This document shows positions 1-8,197 of a stretch of DNA of 64,000 bases, piece by piece. The stretch spans positions 224,001-288,000 of the forward strand of contig CAVSNY010000004.1 in the NCBI GenBank assembly GCA_963729605.1. The letters are read 5' to 3'. This DNA comes from an uncultured Gammaproteobacteria bacterium. GTDB lineage: Bacteria > Pseudomonadota > Gammaproteobacteria > DRLM01. The notes under the pieces were generated by a model, which searched no databases, had not been told where the DNA came from, and saw only the letters and a list, made by a program, of their open reading frames with translations. Position numbers and translations under genes: made by a program. Each line of letters begins with the position of its first letter. Position 1 is the stretch's first letter.

Positions 1-2
1 CC

Positions 3-143
3 GGCGGAAAATTTACCGCCGGCGCCCAACCGCTCATTAAAGAGGAAACCAGGACCGGGCCGCATGTTCCCGGCGTGAACGACACTGGGCGGGTGAATGG
101 ACAAGACGATGTGGACGATCTTTTGTCCAGTCTAGGGTTTTGA
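3..143 (+). CDS. cheZ: CheZ phosphatase, 3' end only (partial)
   Basis: Frame ending at TGA 141-143 reads ...GQDDVDDLLSSLGF*, the canonical CheZ C-terminal CheY-binding peptide; directly upstream of cheA. Confidence 0.9.
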   Translation, partial: GGKFTAGAQPLIKEETRTGPHVPGVNDTGRVNGQDDVDDLLSSLGF

Positions 144-153
144 GGCGATAGTC

Positions 154-2172
154 ATGGCGATCAACGTGGACGATGAGATACTGCAGGATTTCCTCGTCGA
201 GGCGGGTGAGATTCTCGAATCGTTGAGTGAACAATTGATCGAACTCGAGAATCGGCCCACCGACAAGGATTTATTGAATTCCGTTTTCCGGGGTTTCCAT
301 ACCGTCAAGGGCGGCGCGGGTTTTCTAGGCGTCACCGCCCTGGTGGATATCTGTCACCGTGCGGAAGACGTTTTCAATATTCTGCGTCAGGGTGAACGCA
401 CCATAGACGCGGCCTTGATGGACGTTGTGTTAAAGGTGGTGGATATCGTCAATAACATGATGAAGCTGATCCGTTCCGGCGAAGAGCCCAAGCCGGTTGA
501 TGCCGCCTTGCTGACCACCTTGGAAGCCTTCGCGAAACCGGCCAGCGCACCCGCGCCGGCAGCCGCCGTCAGTGAAGAAATTAAACCCCAAGAACCCACG
601 CTCGATGAGATAGACCGGGAGTTTGAGGAGCTGTTGAATAAAATGGCGCCGCAAGGCCAGGTGGCGCCGGCCGCGGACGAGGACCGGTCACCCGCCGCTT
701 CGGAGCCGGCGGTGTCGGACGCGGATAAAAAGGAAATATCCGAAGAAGAGTTCGAGTCTTTACTCGATCAATTGCATGGCAAGGGAAAAAGTATCGGTCC
801 GTCGGCCGCGATATTGCCGGCGAGCCCGCAACCCGCCGCCGTTCACCAATCGCATGTCCCTGAATCCTCAGCGACCAATAGCGCCGCGCCGATTCCTGAA
901 AGAAGGGAGGATAAAAAACCGCTTGCCGCCGCTGTTCCTGCCATCGCGGACACGGCGGAAGTTGCTGCCAAGCCTCCGGCCAAGGAGGGGAGCCAACAAC
1001 AAATCGATCCGACGGTGCGGGTCGATACCAAACGTTTGGACGACATTATGAACTTGGTCGGCGAACTGGTGTTGGTCCGCAACCGCCTCGCCACGTTAAA
1101 GGCGAGTATGGACAACGAAGAGGTCTCGCAAGCGGTCGGCAATCTCGATGTGGTTACCTCGGACTTGCAATCCGCGGTGATGAAGACGCGGATGCAGCCT
1201 ATAAAAAAGGTGTTTGGCCGTTTCCCGCGGGTGGTGCGCGATTTGTCGCGGACTCTGAATAAAGAGATCAATCTGGAGTTGATCGGCGAAGAGACCGATT
1301 TGGATAAAAACCTGGTTGAGGCCTTGGCCGATCCTTTGGTGCACCTGGTCAGGAATTCCATCGATCACGGCGTCGAGGAACCCGCCGTCAGGGCCACTCT
1401 TGGTAAAAATAGGGTGGGGACTATCGTGTTGTCCGCCAGGCAGGAAGGCGACCATATTGTGCTCAGCATTAAAGACGACGGCGCCGGCATGAGCGCGGAC
1501 CGTTTGCGCCGAAAAGCGCTGGAAAAAGGCCTGATCGAGGAAGAAACCGCGGCGCGCTTGGATGATAAGGATTGTTACAATCTGATTTTTCTTCCGGGAT
1601 TTTCCACGAAAAACGAGATATCCGACGTGTCTGGCCGCGGCGTCGGCATGGACGTGGTCAAGACGAGAATTACCCAGCTCAATGGTAGCCTGGAGATTGA
1701 CTCAGAGGAAGGAAAAGGCACCGAAATTACCATCAAGCTGCCTTTGACGCTGGCCATCGTTCCTACCTTGATGGTGATGTTGGGCAGACAGATATTTGCG
1801 ATTCCGCTGGCCAATGTCAGAGAAATTATCCAGAAGGATTCGGTGAAGACCAATGTCGTGGAAGGGCGGGCGGTGGCGATCATCCGCGACCATCCGCTGC
1901 CGTTGTTTCATCTCGGCCGCTGGCTGGTCAGGGCGGGCTGGACGGAACAGGGCAGCCCCAACAGCTACATCGTGGTCGTGAAATTCGGCACTAGTCAGAT
2001 CGCCTGCATAGTCGATCATCTGATGACGCAAGAGGAGGTCGTGATTAAACCGCTCGGCGCATTGCTGCAAGGCATTCCGGGTTTGGCGGGCGCGACCATT
2101 ACCGGCGATGGAAGAATAGCCTTGATTTTGGATATGCCGGGTCTAATGGCGGCCTATGCGGGCAAGAGGTAA
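154..2172 (+). CDS. cheA: Chemotaxis histidine kinase CheA
   Basis: HPt (FRGFHTVKGGAGF), dimerisation (VRVDTKRLDDIMNLVGELVL), HATPase (HLVRNSIDHG, GFST, SGRGVGMDVV) and C-terminal CheW domain. Confidence 0.98.
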   Translation: MAINVDDEILQDFLVEAGEILESLSEQLIELENRPTDKDLLNSVFRGFHTVKGGAGFLGVTALVDICHRAEDVFNILRQGERTIDAALMDVVLKVVDIVNNMMKLIRSGEEPKPVDAALLTTLEAFAKPASAPAPAAAVSEEIKPQEPTLDEIDREFEELLNKMAPQGQVAPAADEDRSPAASEPAVSDADKKEISEEEFESLLDQLHGKGKSIGPSAAILPASPQPAAVHQSHVPESSATNSAAPIPERREDKKPLAAAVPAIADTAEVAAKPPAKEGSQQQIDPTVRVDTKRLDDIMNLVGELVLVRNRLATLKASMDNEEVSQAVGNLDVVTSDLQSAVMKTRMQPIKKVFGRFPRVVRDLSRTLNKEINLELIGEETDLDKNLVEALADPLVHLVRNSIDHGVEEPAVRATLGKNRVGTIVLSARQEGDHIVLSIKDDGAGMSADRLRRKALEKGLIEEETAARLDDKDCYNLIFLPGFSTKNEISDVSGRGVGMDVVKTRITQLNGSLEIDSEEGKGTEITIKLPLTLAIVPTLMVMLGRQIFAIPLANVREIIQKDSVKTNVVEGRAVAIIRDHPLPLFHLGRWLVRAGWTEQGSPNSYIVVVKFGTSQIACIVDHLMTQEEVVIKPLGALLQGIPGLAGATITGDGRIALILDMPGLMAAYAGKR

Positions 2173-2180
2173 TCAGGCTT

Positions 2181-3233
2181 ATGCAACTGCGGGTCTTGGT
2201 GGTCGATGACTCTCGTTTTTACCGAAACCGTGTCGCCGAAATGTTGGCCGTCGATGGGGAACTGCAGGTCATCGATATGGCTGAAAACGGCGCGGAGGCC
2301 GTTAAGAAAGTTTTAACACTGAGACCGGATGTGGTCACCATGGACATTGAGATGCCGATAATGGACGGGATTTCGGCGGTGAGAGAGATAATGAAGGCGC
2401 GGCCCACTCCTATTTTGATGTTCTCATCCTTGACCACCGAGGGTGCCCAGGCGACACTCGCCGCCTTGGAGGCGGGCGCCCTGGATTTTTTGCCGAAGCG
2501 TTTCGAGGACATCGCCCGCGATAAAGGTGAAGTCGCCCGCGAGTTGTGCCGCCGCTTGAAAATGTTGGGGCGTAAGCGCTTGGGATTTCCCAGAGTCGCG
2601 CCGGCCATGCCCGCGGCGAAAGCATCGGCGCCGACCGCGCATGTTTCGGCCGGCGGCGCATTGAGAAATTGCCGATTGTTGTTGATCGGCGCATCCACCG
2701 GCGGCCCCGCGGCCTTGCAAACTATTTTGTGTTCCCTGCCTGAAAATTTCGCGGTCCCTATCGTGGTCATACAGCACATGCCGTCGGCCTTCACCGGTCC
2801 GTTCGCCACGCGTTTGAATTCATTGTGCAGGGTGCAAGTCGATGAAGCGAAAGACGGCGATCTGCTGAAGCCGGGCCGGGTGTTGATCGCGCCGGGCGGA
2901 AAACAGTTGGAATTGCACGGCGCCGGCGCCGGGTTTAAGGCGGTGATCAGGGAGAGTAAGGCCGAGGAACAGTACAAGCCGTCGGTGGATGTGGGGTTTA
3001 ATTCGGCCGCCGCGGTGATCGGCAAAGGCGTGTTGGCCATTGTACTGACCGGCATGGGCGCGGATGGAAAAAAGGGTGCCGCATCGTTGAAATCGCAGGG
3101 ATCGTCGGTATGGGCGCAGGATGAAGAAAGCTGTGTCGTATACGGGATGCCGCAGGCGGTGGTCGATGCCGGTTTGGCCGATAGAGTGTTATCTCTTCCG
3201 GAGATTGCTGCAACGCTGGCGCACGGAACTTAA
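2181..3233 (+). CDS. cheB: Chemotaxis response regulator methylesterase CheB
   Basis: N-terminal REC plus GASTGGP, QHMP and LTGMGADG esterase motifs. Confidence 0.98.
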   Translation: MQLRVLVVDDSRFYRNRVAEMLAVDGELQVIDMAENGAEAVKKVLTLRPDVVTMDIEMPIMDGISAVREIMKARPTPILMFSSLTTEGAQATLAALEAGALDFLPKRFEDIARDKGEVARELCRRLKMLGRKRLGFPRVAPAMPAAKASAPTAHVSAGGALRNCRLLLIGASTGGPAALQTILCSLPENFAVPIVVIQHMPSAFTGPFATRLNSLCRVQVDEAKDGDLLKPGRVLIAPGGKQLELHGAGAGFKAVIRESKAEEQYKPSVDVGFNSAAAVIGKGVLAIVLTGMGADGKKGAASLKSQGSSVWAQDEESCVVYGMPQAVVDAGLADRVLSLPEIAATLAHGT

Positions 3234-3236
3234 GCC

Positions 3237-3977
3237 ATGGATGTGCTCACCATAGTCGGGATGGTATTGGCGCTGGGAGCGATCATCGGCGGCAATATCA
3301 TGGAAGGCGGTCATACCAGCTCCCTCATACAGCTAACCGCGTTTATCATCGTCATGGGCGGGACCATCGGCGCGATCATGGTGCAGACGCCGTTGCCTAC
3401 GTTCGTCAAGTCCCTGAAGATGATCATGTGGACGGTTTTTCCGCCGAAATTGGCGCAAGCCGAAGCCATCGAGAAAATCGTCAACTGGAGCAATATCGCG
3501 CGCAAAGAGGGTTTGCTGGGTCTGGAACCCTTGACCGAGAGCGAACCGGAGCTGTTCGCCAGAAAGGGTTTGCAGTTATTGGTGGACGGCAGCGAGCCGG
3601 AAACCATCCGCAGCATACTCGAAGTCGAACTCGAGTCCATAGAACATGCCGATACCGAGTGCGCCAAGGTCTATGAAGGCATGGGCGGTTATTGTCCCAC
3701 CATCGGCATCATCGGCGCGGTGATGGGTTTGATTCACGTCATGAACAATCTGGCCGATCCGAGCAAGCTGGGTCCGGGTATCGCCGTGGCCTTTGTCGCG
3801 ACCATTTACGGCGTGGGGCTGGCCAACATCGTTTTTCTGCCGGTCGCCAGCAAGCTGAAGAGTAATATTCACAAGCAATCCAAGTTTCGGGAAATGATCA
3901 TCGAAGGGATCATCGCCATCGCCGAGGGTGAGAATCCGCGCAATATCGAGACCAAGCTGAAAGGGTATATGTTGTAG
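3237..3977 (+). CDS. motC: Flagellar stator protein MotC (MotA family)
   Basis: ARKEGLLGLE, PTIGIIGAVMGLI and AFVATIYG motifs; position after cheB. Confidence 0.92.
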   Translation: MDVLTIVGMVLALGAIIGGNIMEGGHTSSLIQLTAFIIVMGGTIGAIMVQTPLPTFVKSLKMIMWTVFPPKLAQAEAIEKIVNWSNIARKEGLLGLEPLTESEPELFARKGLQLLVDGSEPETIRSILEVELESIEHADTECAKVYEGMGGYCPTIGIIGAVMGLIHVMNNLADPSKLGPGIAVAFVATIYGVGLANIVFLPVASKLKSNIHKQSKFREMIIEGIIAIAEGENPRNIETKLKGYML

Positions 3978-4032
3978 GGCGGATCGCTAAAACCGTCCAG
4001 GCCGATTCGCGCCGCCACATTTAGGATCATCC

Positions 4033-4986
4033 ATGGCGAGAAAAAAGAAACATGAGGAGCACGTAAACCATGAAAGGTGGCTGATATCGTACGCCGATTT
4101 CATCACGCTGCTTTTCGCGTTCTTCGTGGTGATGTACTCCGTATCTTCCGTGAACGAAGGTAAATTCCGCGTGTTGTCGGATGCCATGATCGCCGCGTTC
4201 CGCTCCTCAAATAAAAGTCTGGAACCCATTCAAGTCGGCACCGAGGCCAAGGCTCAAAAGCAGACCACGCTGGTGCCGCCGGTAGTGGCAAAACTCGGCA
4301 ACGCGCCGGAACAAATACCCGACATCGCCAGCAAGGATACCGGCGCTACCGCCCGTGACGGAGGTCAGCCGGAACAGAAGCAGGACGGCCAGGCTCAGGC
4401 CAGTAAAGATCAATCTCTTGCGAAGGCCGCCAGCCAGGAATTCGTCACCCGGATATCCGATAAAATTGAAAACGCGATGGCCAATCTCATCCAGCAGAAA
4501 CTGATCGCCGTGCGGCGCGGCGCGTTGTGGGTGGAAGTGGAAATCAATACCAGTATTTTATTCTCGAGCGGCAGCGCGCTACTCCAACGCGATGCCCTGC
4601 CGGTGCTCAAGGAACTGGCGAATATCCTCAATGAATTTCCTAATCCGGTGCGGGTGGAAGGTTTTACCGACAGCGTGCCGATCAATACCTTGGCCTTCCC
4701 GTCCAATTGGGAGTTGTCCGCGGCGCGGGCGGCGAGTGTGGTGCATCTATTCAGCAACGAAGGTCTTGAGCCCACCCGGATGGCGGCGATAGGTTTCGGG
4801 CAATTTCGCCCCGTCGCCGATAACTCCTCGCCGGAGGGACGCAACCGAAACCGGCGTGTGGTCATCATCATTTTGGAGAGCGTGCAGGCCGAACGCATCT
4901 TCAGCGCCCGCGAGCCGGAACCCGTCGCCGCGCAATCGGTGACGGAGACGCCGGCCGTTCCCGCGGCTGCGACCGGCGGGCAGTAA
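4033..4986 (+). CDS. motD: Flagellar stator protein MotD (MotB family)
   Basis: WLISYADFITLLFAFFVVMY transmembrane segment; OmpA-like domain (NWELSAARA, RNRRV). Confidence 0.92.
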   Translation: MARKKKHEEHVNHERWLISYADFITLLFAFFVVMYSVSSVNEGKFRVLSDAMIAAFRSSNKSLEPIQVGTEAKAQKQTTLVPPVVAKLGNAPEQIPDIASKDTGATARDGGQPEQKQDGQAQASKDQSLAKAASQEFVTRISDKIENAMANLIQQKLIAVRRGALWVEVEINTSILFSSGSALLQRDALPVLKELANILNEFPNPVRVEGFTDSVPINTLAFPSNWELSAARAASVVHLFSNEGLEPTRMAAIGFGQFRPVADNSSPEGRNRNRRVVIIILESVQAERIFSAREPEPVAAQSVTETPAVPAAATGGQ

Positions 4987-5043
4987 AATATCTTCAACAG
5001 ACCCTAAGGCGCATGGTCAGCGCGGCAGCATGAGGGATCGGCG

Positions 5044-5847
5044 ATGCAAACTTGGATAGTGGCAAATCAAAAAGGCGGCGTGGGCAAGACCACGACGGTG
5101 GTGTCGGCGGCGGCGGCGCTGGCGCGGCGCGGCCAGCGCGTATTGATGATCGATCTCGATCCCCACGGTTCGCTCACCACCTATTTCGGCATGGACGAGA
5201 GCGGCATCAATGCCTCGGTGTATAACCTGTTTCAAGACGCCGGACCCCCCGTTGGATCGTTGATAAGCGCCACCCGTTTCGACAATTTATGGCTGATGCC
5301 TTCCTCGGCGGCCTTGGTTACCTTGGATCGCCAATTGGGCGCGCAGCTGGGTAAAGGCACCGTGCTGCGTCAGGCCCTGGCGAAAATTCGCGGTGGTTTC
5401 GATTATGTCCTGATCGATTGCGCCCCCACCCTGGGGATATTGATGGTCAATGCGCTCGCCGCCGGCGATTTGTTGGTGCTGCCGGTGCAAACCGAATTCC
5501 TGGCGTTGAAAGGCTTGGAGCGGATGCTGGTGACGCTGGCCATGGTCAATAAGGCGCGCGCTACGCCGATTCCCTTCATGATAGTCCCGACCCTGTTCGA
5601 CAGGCGCACCAAGGCCAGCCGTGACGCCTTGACCTATTTACAGGAAACACATGGCAAGGATTTATGGGAGTTGATCATCCCCGTGGATACCCAGTTCCGC
5701 GACGCCAGCAAGGCGGGTATTCCGCTGCCGCTCTTGCAGGCCGGCGCGCGCGGGGCCTTGGCTTACGAGAGCCTGGTCGACACGCTGATGGATATGATGG
5801 GTTCCCCCATCGCACGGACCGGCAAGGAGGTCACGACTTATGAATAA
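5044..5847 (+). CDS. ParA/ParC-like ATPase of the chemotaxis cluster
   Basis: Deviant Walker A NQKGGVGKTT and DLDPHGSLT; located between motD and cheW-like genes. Confidence 0.9.
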   Translation: MQTWIVANQKGGVGKTTTVVSAAAALARRGQRVLMIDLDPHGSLTTYFGMDESGINASVYNLFQDAGPPVGSLISATRFDNLWLMPSSAALVTLDRQLGAQLGKGTVLRQALAKIRGGFDYVLIDCAPTLGILMVNALAAGDLLVLPVQTEFLALKGLERMLVTLAMVNKARATPIPFMIVPTLFDRRTKASRDALTYLQETHGKDLWELIIPVDTQFRDASKAGIPLPLLQAGARGALAYESLVDTLMDMMGSPIARTGKEVTTYE

Positions 5848-6445
5848 ACTCGAAGAGCAGCACAGTGCGCTGGAATCCTATCTCGTCGCCTTGCTGGCGG
5901 CGGATATCGCGGATATTGAGCCTGCCTCCATCGCGGATACTCAAGGCGTTCCCGCGCATCCGGCGATCGTGGCGGAGAACCCGGGCGAAACGGCGGCCGC
6001 GCCGGAGGGAGGGCAATTGACTTTCATGAGCTTTCAAGTCGGCGGTCTGAAGTTTGCCCTGGACACCGCGCAGGTGAAGACGGTCATTCCGTTTCCCGCC
6101 CACGGCGTGGAGTACGAAAACGCGCGGCCCGTGCGCCTGGCCGCAGCGGGCCGCCAGTCGCCGCTGGATATCGTCGATACTCGGCGGCGGGTATTTCCCG
6201 AAGGCCATCCCGCGCACCATGACACCCGTCCTTACGGCTTTTTGATTTTACTCGGCACGGATACGTTCGCCTTGGCCTGTGATGATATCGAGCAGGTGGT
6301 GCGGGTCGCCTCCCATCAAGTGCTGTGGCGGCGGGAGCGCGGTAGCCGGCCTTGGTTGGCGGGCATGCTCAACGATCCCAAATGCGCCGTGTTGGATGTG
6401 AAGGAATGGCGCAAAAGCGCGCGCGCCGAGGCGCCCCGGCATTGA
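5840..6445 (+). CDS. Divergent CheW-domain protein (ParP-like)
   Basis: FQVGGLKFAL, LACD, WRRERGSRPWLAG and CAVLDV motifs typical of the CheW-like gene following the chemotaxis parA. Confidence 0.7.
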   Translation: MNKLEEQHSALESYLVALLAADIADIEPASIADTQGVPAHPAIVAENPGETAAAPEGGQLTFMSFQVGGLKFALDTAQVKTVIPFPAHGVEYENARPVRLAAAGRQSPLDIVDTRRRVFPEGHPAHHDTRPYGFLILLGTDTFALACDDIEQVVRVASHQVLWRRERGSRPWLAGMLNDPKCAVLDVKEWRKSARAEAPRH

Positions 6446-6539
6446 AATAGGCGGGAAGTTGGCAGAGATCGTGCATTTATCAACAATAGTCCAGGTTGCG
6501 TCAGAGGACTGACGGATACCCCACAGAGGAGCGGCATTC

Positions 6540-6989
6540 ATGCGCCAAGTTGAAAGAGCGGTTGATACATCGGTTTCTCAGTGGGTGACATTCCAGTTGG
6601 GGGACGAGACTTACGGCATCGATGTGTTGCAAGTGCAGGAAGTGCTGCGCGTGACGGAAATTTCCCCCGTGCCCGGCGCGCCTTCGTTTGTGCTGGGCAT
6701 CATTAATTTGCGCGGAAACGTAGTAACCGTATTGGACGGCCGCCATCGCTTCGGCCTGCCCCCCAAGGAGCCGGATGAGGCCTCGCGGATTATCGTGGTG
6801 GATGCCTTCGAGAAAGTGATAGGTCTGCTGGTGGACAGTGTCTCCGAAGTGGCTTACGTAAAAAAAGAACAAATCGAAATGCCGCCTTCGGTAGGTACCG
6901 ACGATAATCATAAATTGATTTCAGGCGTATGTAATCGCGACGGCGAGCTGCTGATCATGGTGGATCTCGCTAAGATGCTGGAGACTTAA
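6540..6989 (+). CDS. cheW: Chemotaxis adaptor CheW
   Basis: QWVTFQLGDETYGIDVLQVQEVL, GIINLRGNVVTV, IGLLVDSVSEV. Confidence 0.97.
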   Translation: MRQVERAVDTSVSQWVTFQLGDETYGIDVLQVQEVLRVTEISPVPGAPSFVLGIINLRGNVVTVLDGRHRFGLPPKEPDEASRIIVVDAFEKVIGLLVDSVSEVAYVKKEQIEMPPSVGTDDNHKLISGVCNRDGELLIMVDLAKMLET

Positions 6990-7140
6990 GGGACCTCTGA
7001 TTTTATTCAGCGGTTCCTGCGGCACACGGAGGTACCGCCATTTTCAATGGTCTTAGTCATTGAAAATGGAGGGCGGCGAAAATCAGCATTTTCGCCGCGC
7101 GTGCTCTGAAAATTCCAGGATGGAATTATTCAGAGCCTCC
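6990..7140 (+). mobile_element. MITE-like element family A, copy 1 (151 bp, flanked by TTAA)
   Basis: TTAA at 6986-6989 and 7141-7144; imperfect terminal inverted repeats (GGGACCTCTGATT / TTCAGAGCCTCC); internal hairpins; homologous copies elsewhere in the window. Confidence 0.75.
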
Positions 7141-7210
7141 TTAAAGTGCGGGGCGATCAGTCGTGCGGTTCTGATCAAAGGGCTGGGCACGGACATGGAG
7201 GGTCATCACC

Positions 7211-7375
7211 ATGGCGGCAATCGACGGAGTCAAACCACTCGGGCCTATCTGGCCCAAGCAGCCGTTACGACGGCCGGAGCGCAAGGACGAGCAGCAAGAG
7301 CGGCCGCGAGGCGGTGAGAAACCGCCCCCCGCGGAAGGGGATGAGCAGCCCCCTTCGATCGATGAATACATTTAG
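7211..7375 (+). CDS. 54-aa small protein ending in SIDEYI (not in ORF track)
   Basis: MAAIDGVKPLGPIWPKQPLRRPERKDEQQERPRGGEKPPPAEGDEQPPSIDEYI*; GGAGG RBS at ~7197-7201; ends 6 nt before the DUF2802 gene. Confidence 0.65.
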   Translation: MAAIDGVKPLGPIWPKQPLRRPERKDEQQERPRGGEKPPPAEGDEQPPSIDEYI

Positions 7376-7381
7376 AGTTGA

Positions 7382-7768
7382 ATGAATATGTTTGAGCTAC
7401 TGATCCAAATCGCCATCCTTGCCGCTATCCTCGGCTTATTTGCCGTGGAAATAGTCAGGATCGTGCGTTTTTCACGACGCGAGCGGCAATGGCAAGCTAC
7501 CGTACAAACTCTTCAGAAGGATGTCACCGCCCTTTGCGCCGGCGCGGTAAGTCTGGGTAAACATCTCTCGGCCATGGAACAGCGAGTCCGGCGTTTGCAT
7601 GAGCGGCAGGACCAGATAGAGTTGCGCGATCCGGATCAGCAGTCTTATGGGCATGCCATCCGGCTGGCGCAACGCGGTGCCGATGTGGATGAGTTGATTT
7701 CCAATTGCGGCCTGGCGCGCGGCGAAGCGGAATTGTTGTTGCGTCTCCATAGCGTAGAGAAACATTAA
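7382..7768 (+). CDS. DUF2802 domain membrane-anchored protein
   Basis: N-terminal TM, coiled coil, and YGHAIRLAQRGADVDELISNCGLARGEAELL signature; usual position after cheW. Confidence 0.88.
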   Translation: MNMFELLIQIAILAAILGLFAVEIVRIVRFSRRERQWQATVQTLQKDVTALCAGAVSLGKHLSAMEQRVRRLHERQDQIELRDPDQQSYGHAIRLAQRGADVDELISNCGLARGEAELLLRLHSVEKH

Positions 7769-7784
7769 ACATCCCGTCAGCGCG

Positions 7785-7920
7785 TTTGAATCTTGAAATT
7801 CCCCCGCGATTTGCCGAGGCTAAGCGGTACGCTCGAGGAGGGGAAGGTGTAACGAGGGGCACGATTCTCCCCTTCGAGCAAGCGCGGCGTTCACCCCGCG
7901 CGCGGTCAGACCAATTTAAT
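7785..7920 (+). repeat. Intergenic repeat family B, longest copy
   Basis: AATCTTGAAATTCCCCCGCG...GAGGGGCACGATTCTCCCCTT...GCAAGCGCGG...TCAGACCAATTTAAT; related sequence at 18037-18072, 25321-25428, 28973-29073 and 49783-49825. Confidence 0.65.
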
Positions 7921-8197
7921 AATCAAGTGCCTTTGAGATAGCGTCTAGCACTTATCTCAAATCGATTTTTAAACTCAGCGAGTACAATGGCTATTTTCCG
8001 CTAAGCGTCCACTTCCCGAAGTTAAACCACGTAAGGCACGCCTGGCCCGTTCAACACTAAAAATCGCAGTACATTCCCCCCGCCGCGGACGGGCGAGAGC
8101 GTTAAGAACGGCGCCTCAGTGCGGGATGGAATTTTTTTCCAAATTTAGAGATATTTTTTATTCTAAAAAGCGCGGCGATGCGTTTTTGAGATGGCTT

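Noticed and set aside
7060-7385. ORF-track entries 7060-7317, 7141-7371 and 7146-7385
   Set aside because: Start in or next to the MITE and lack RBS or motifs; the 7211-7375 frame is better supported
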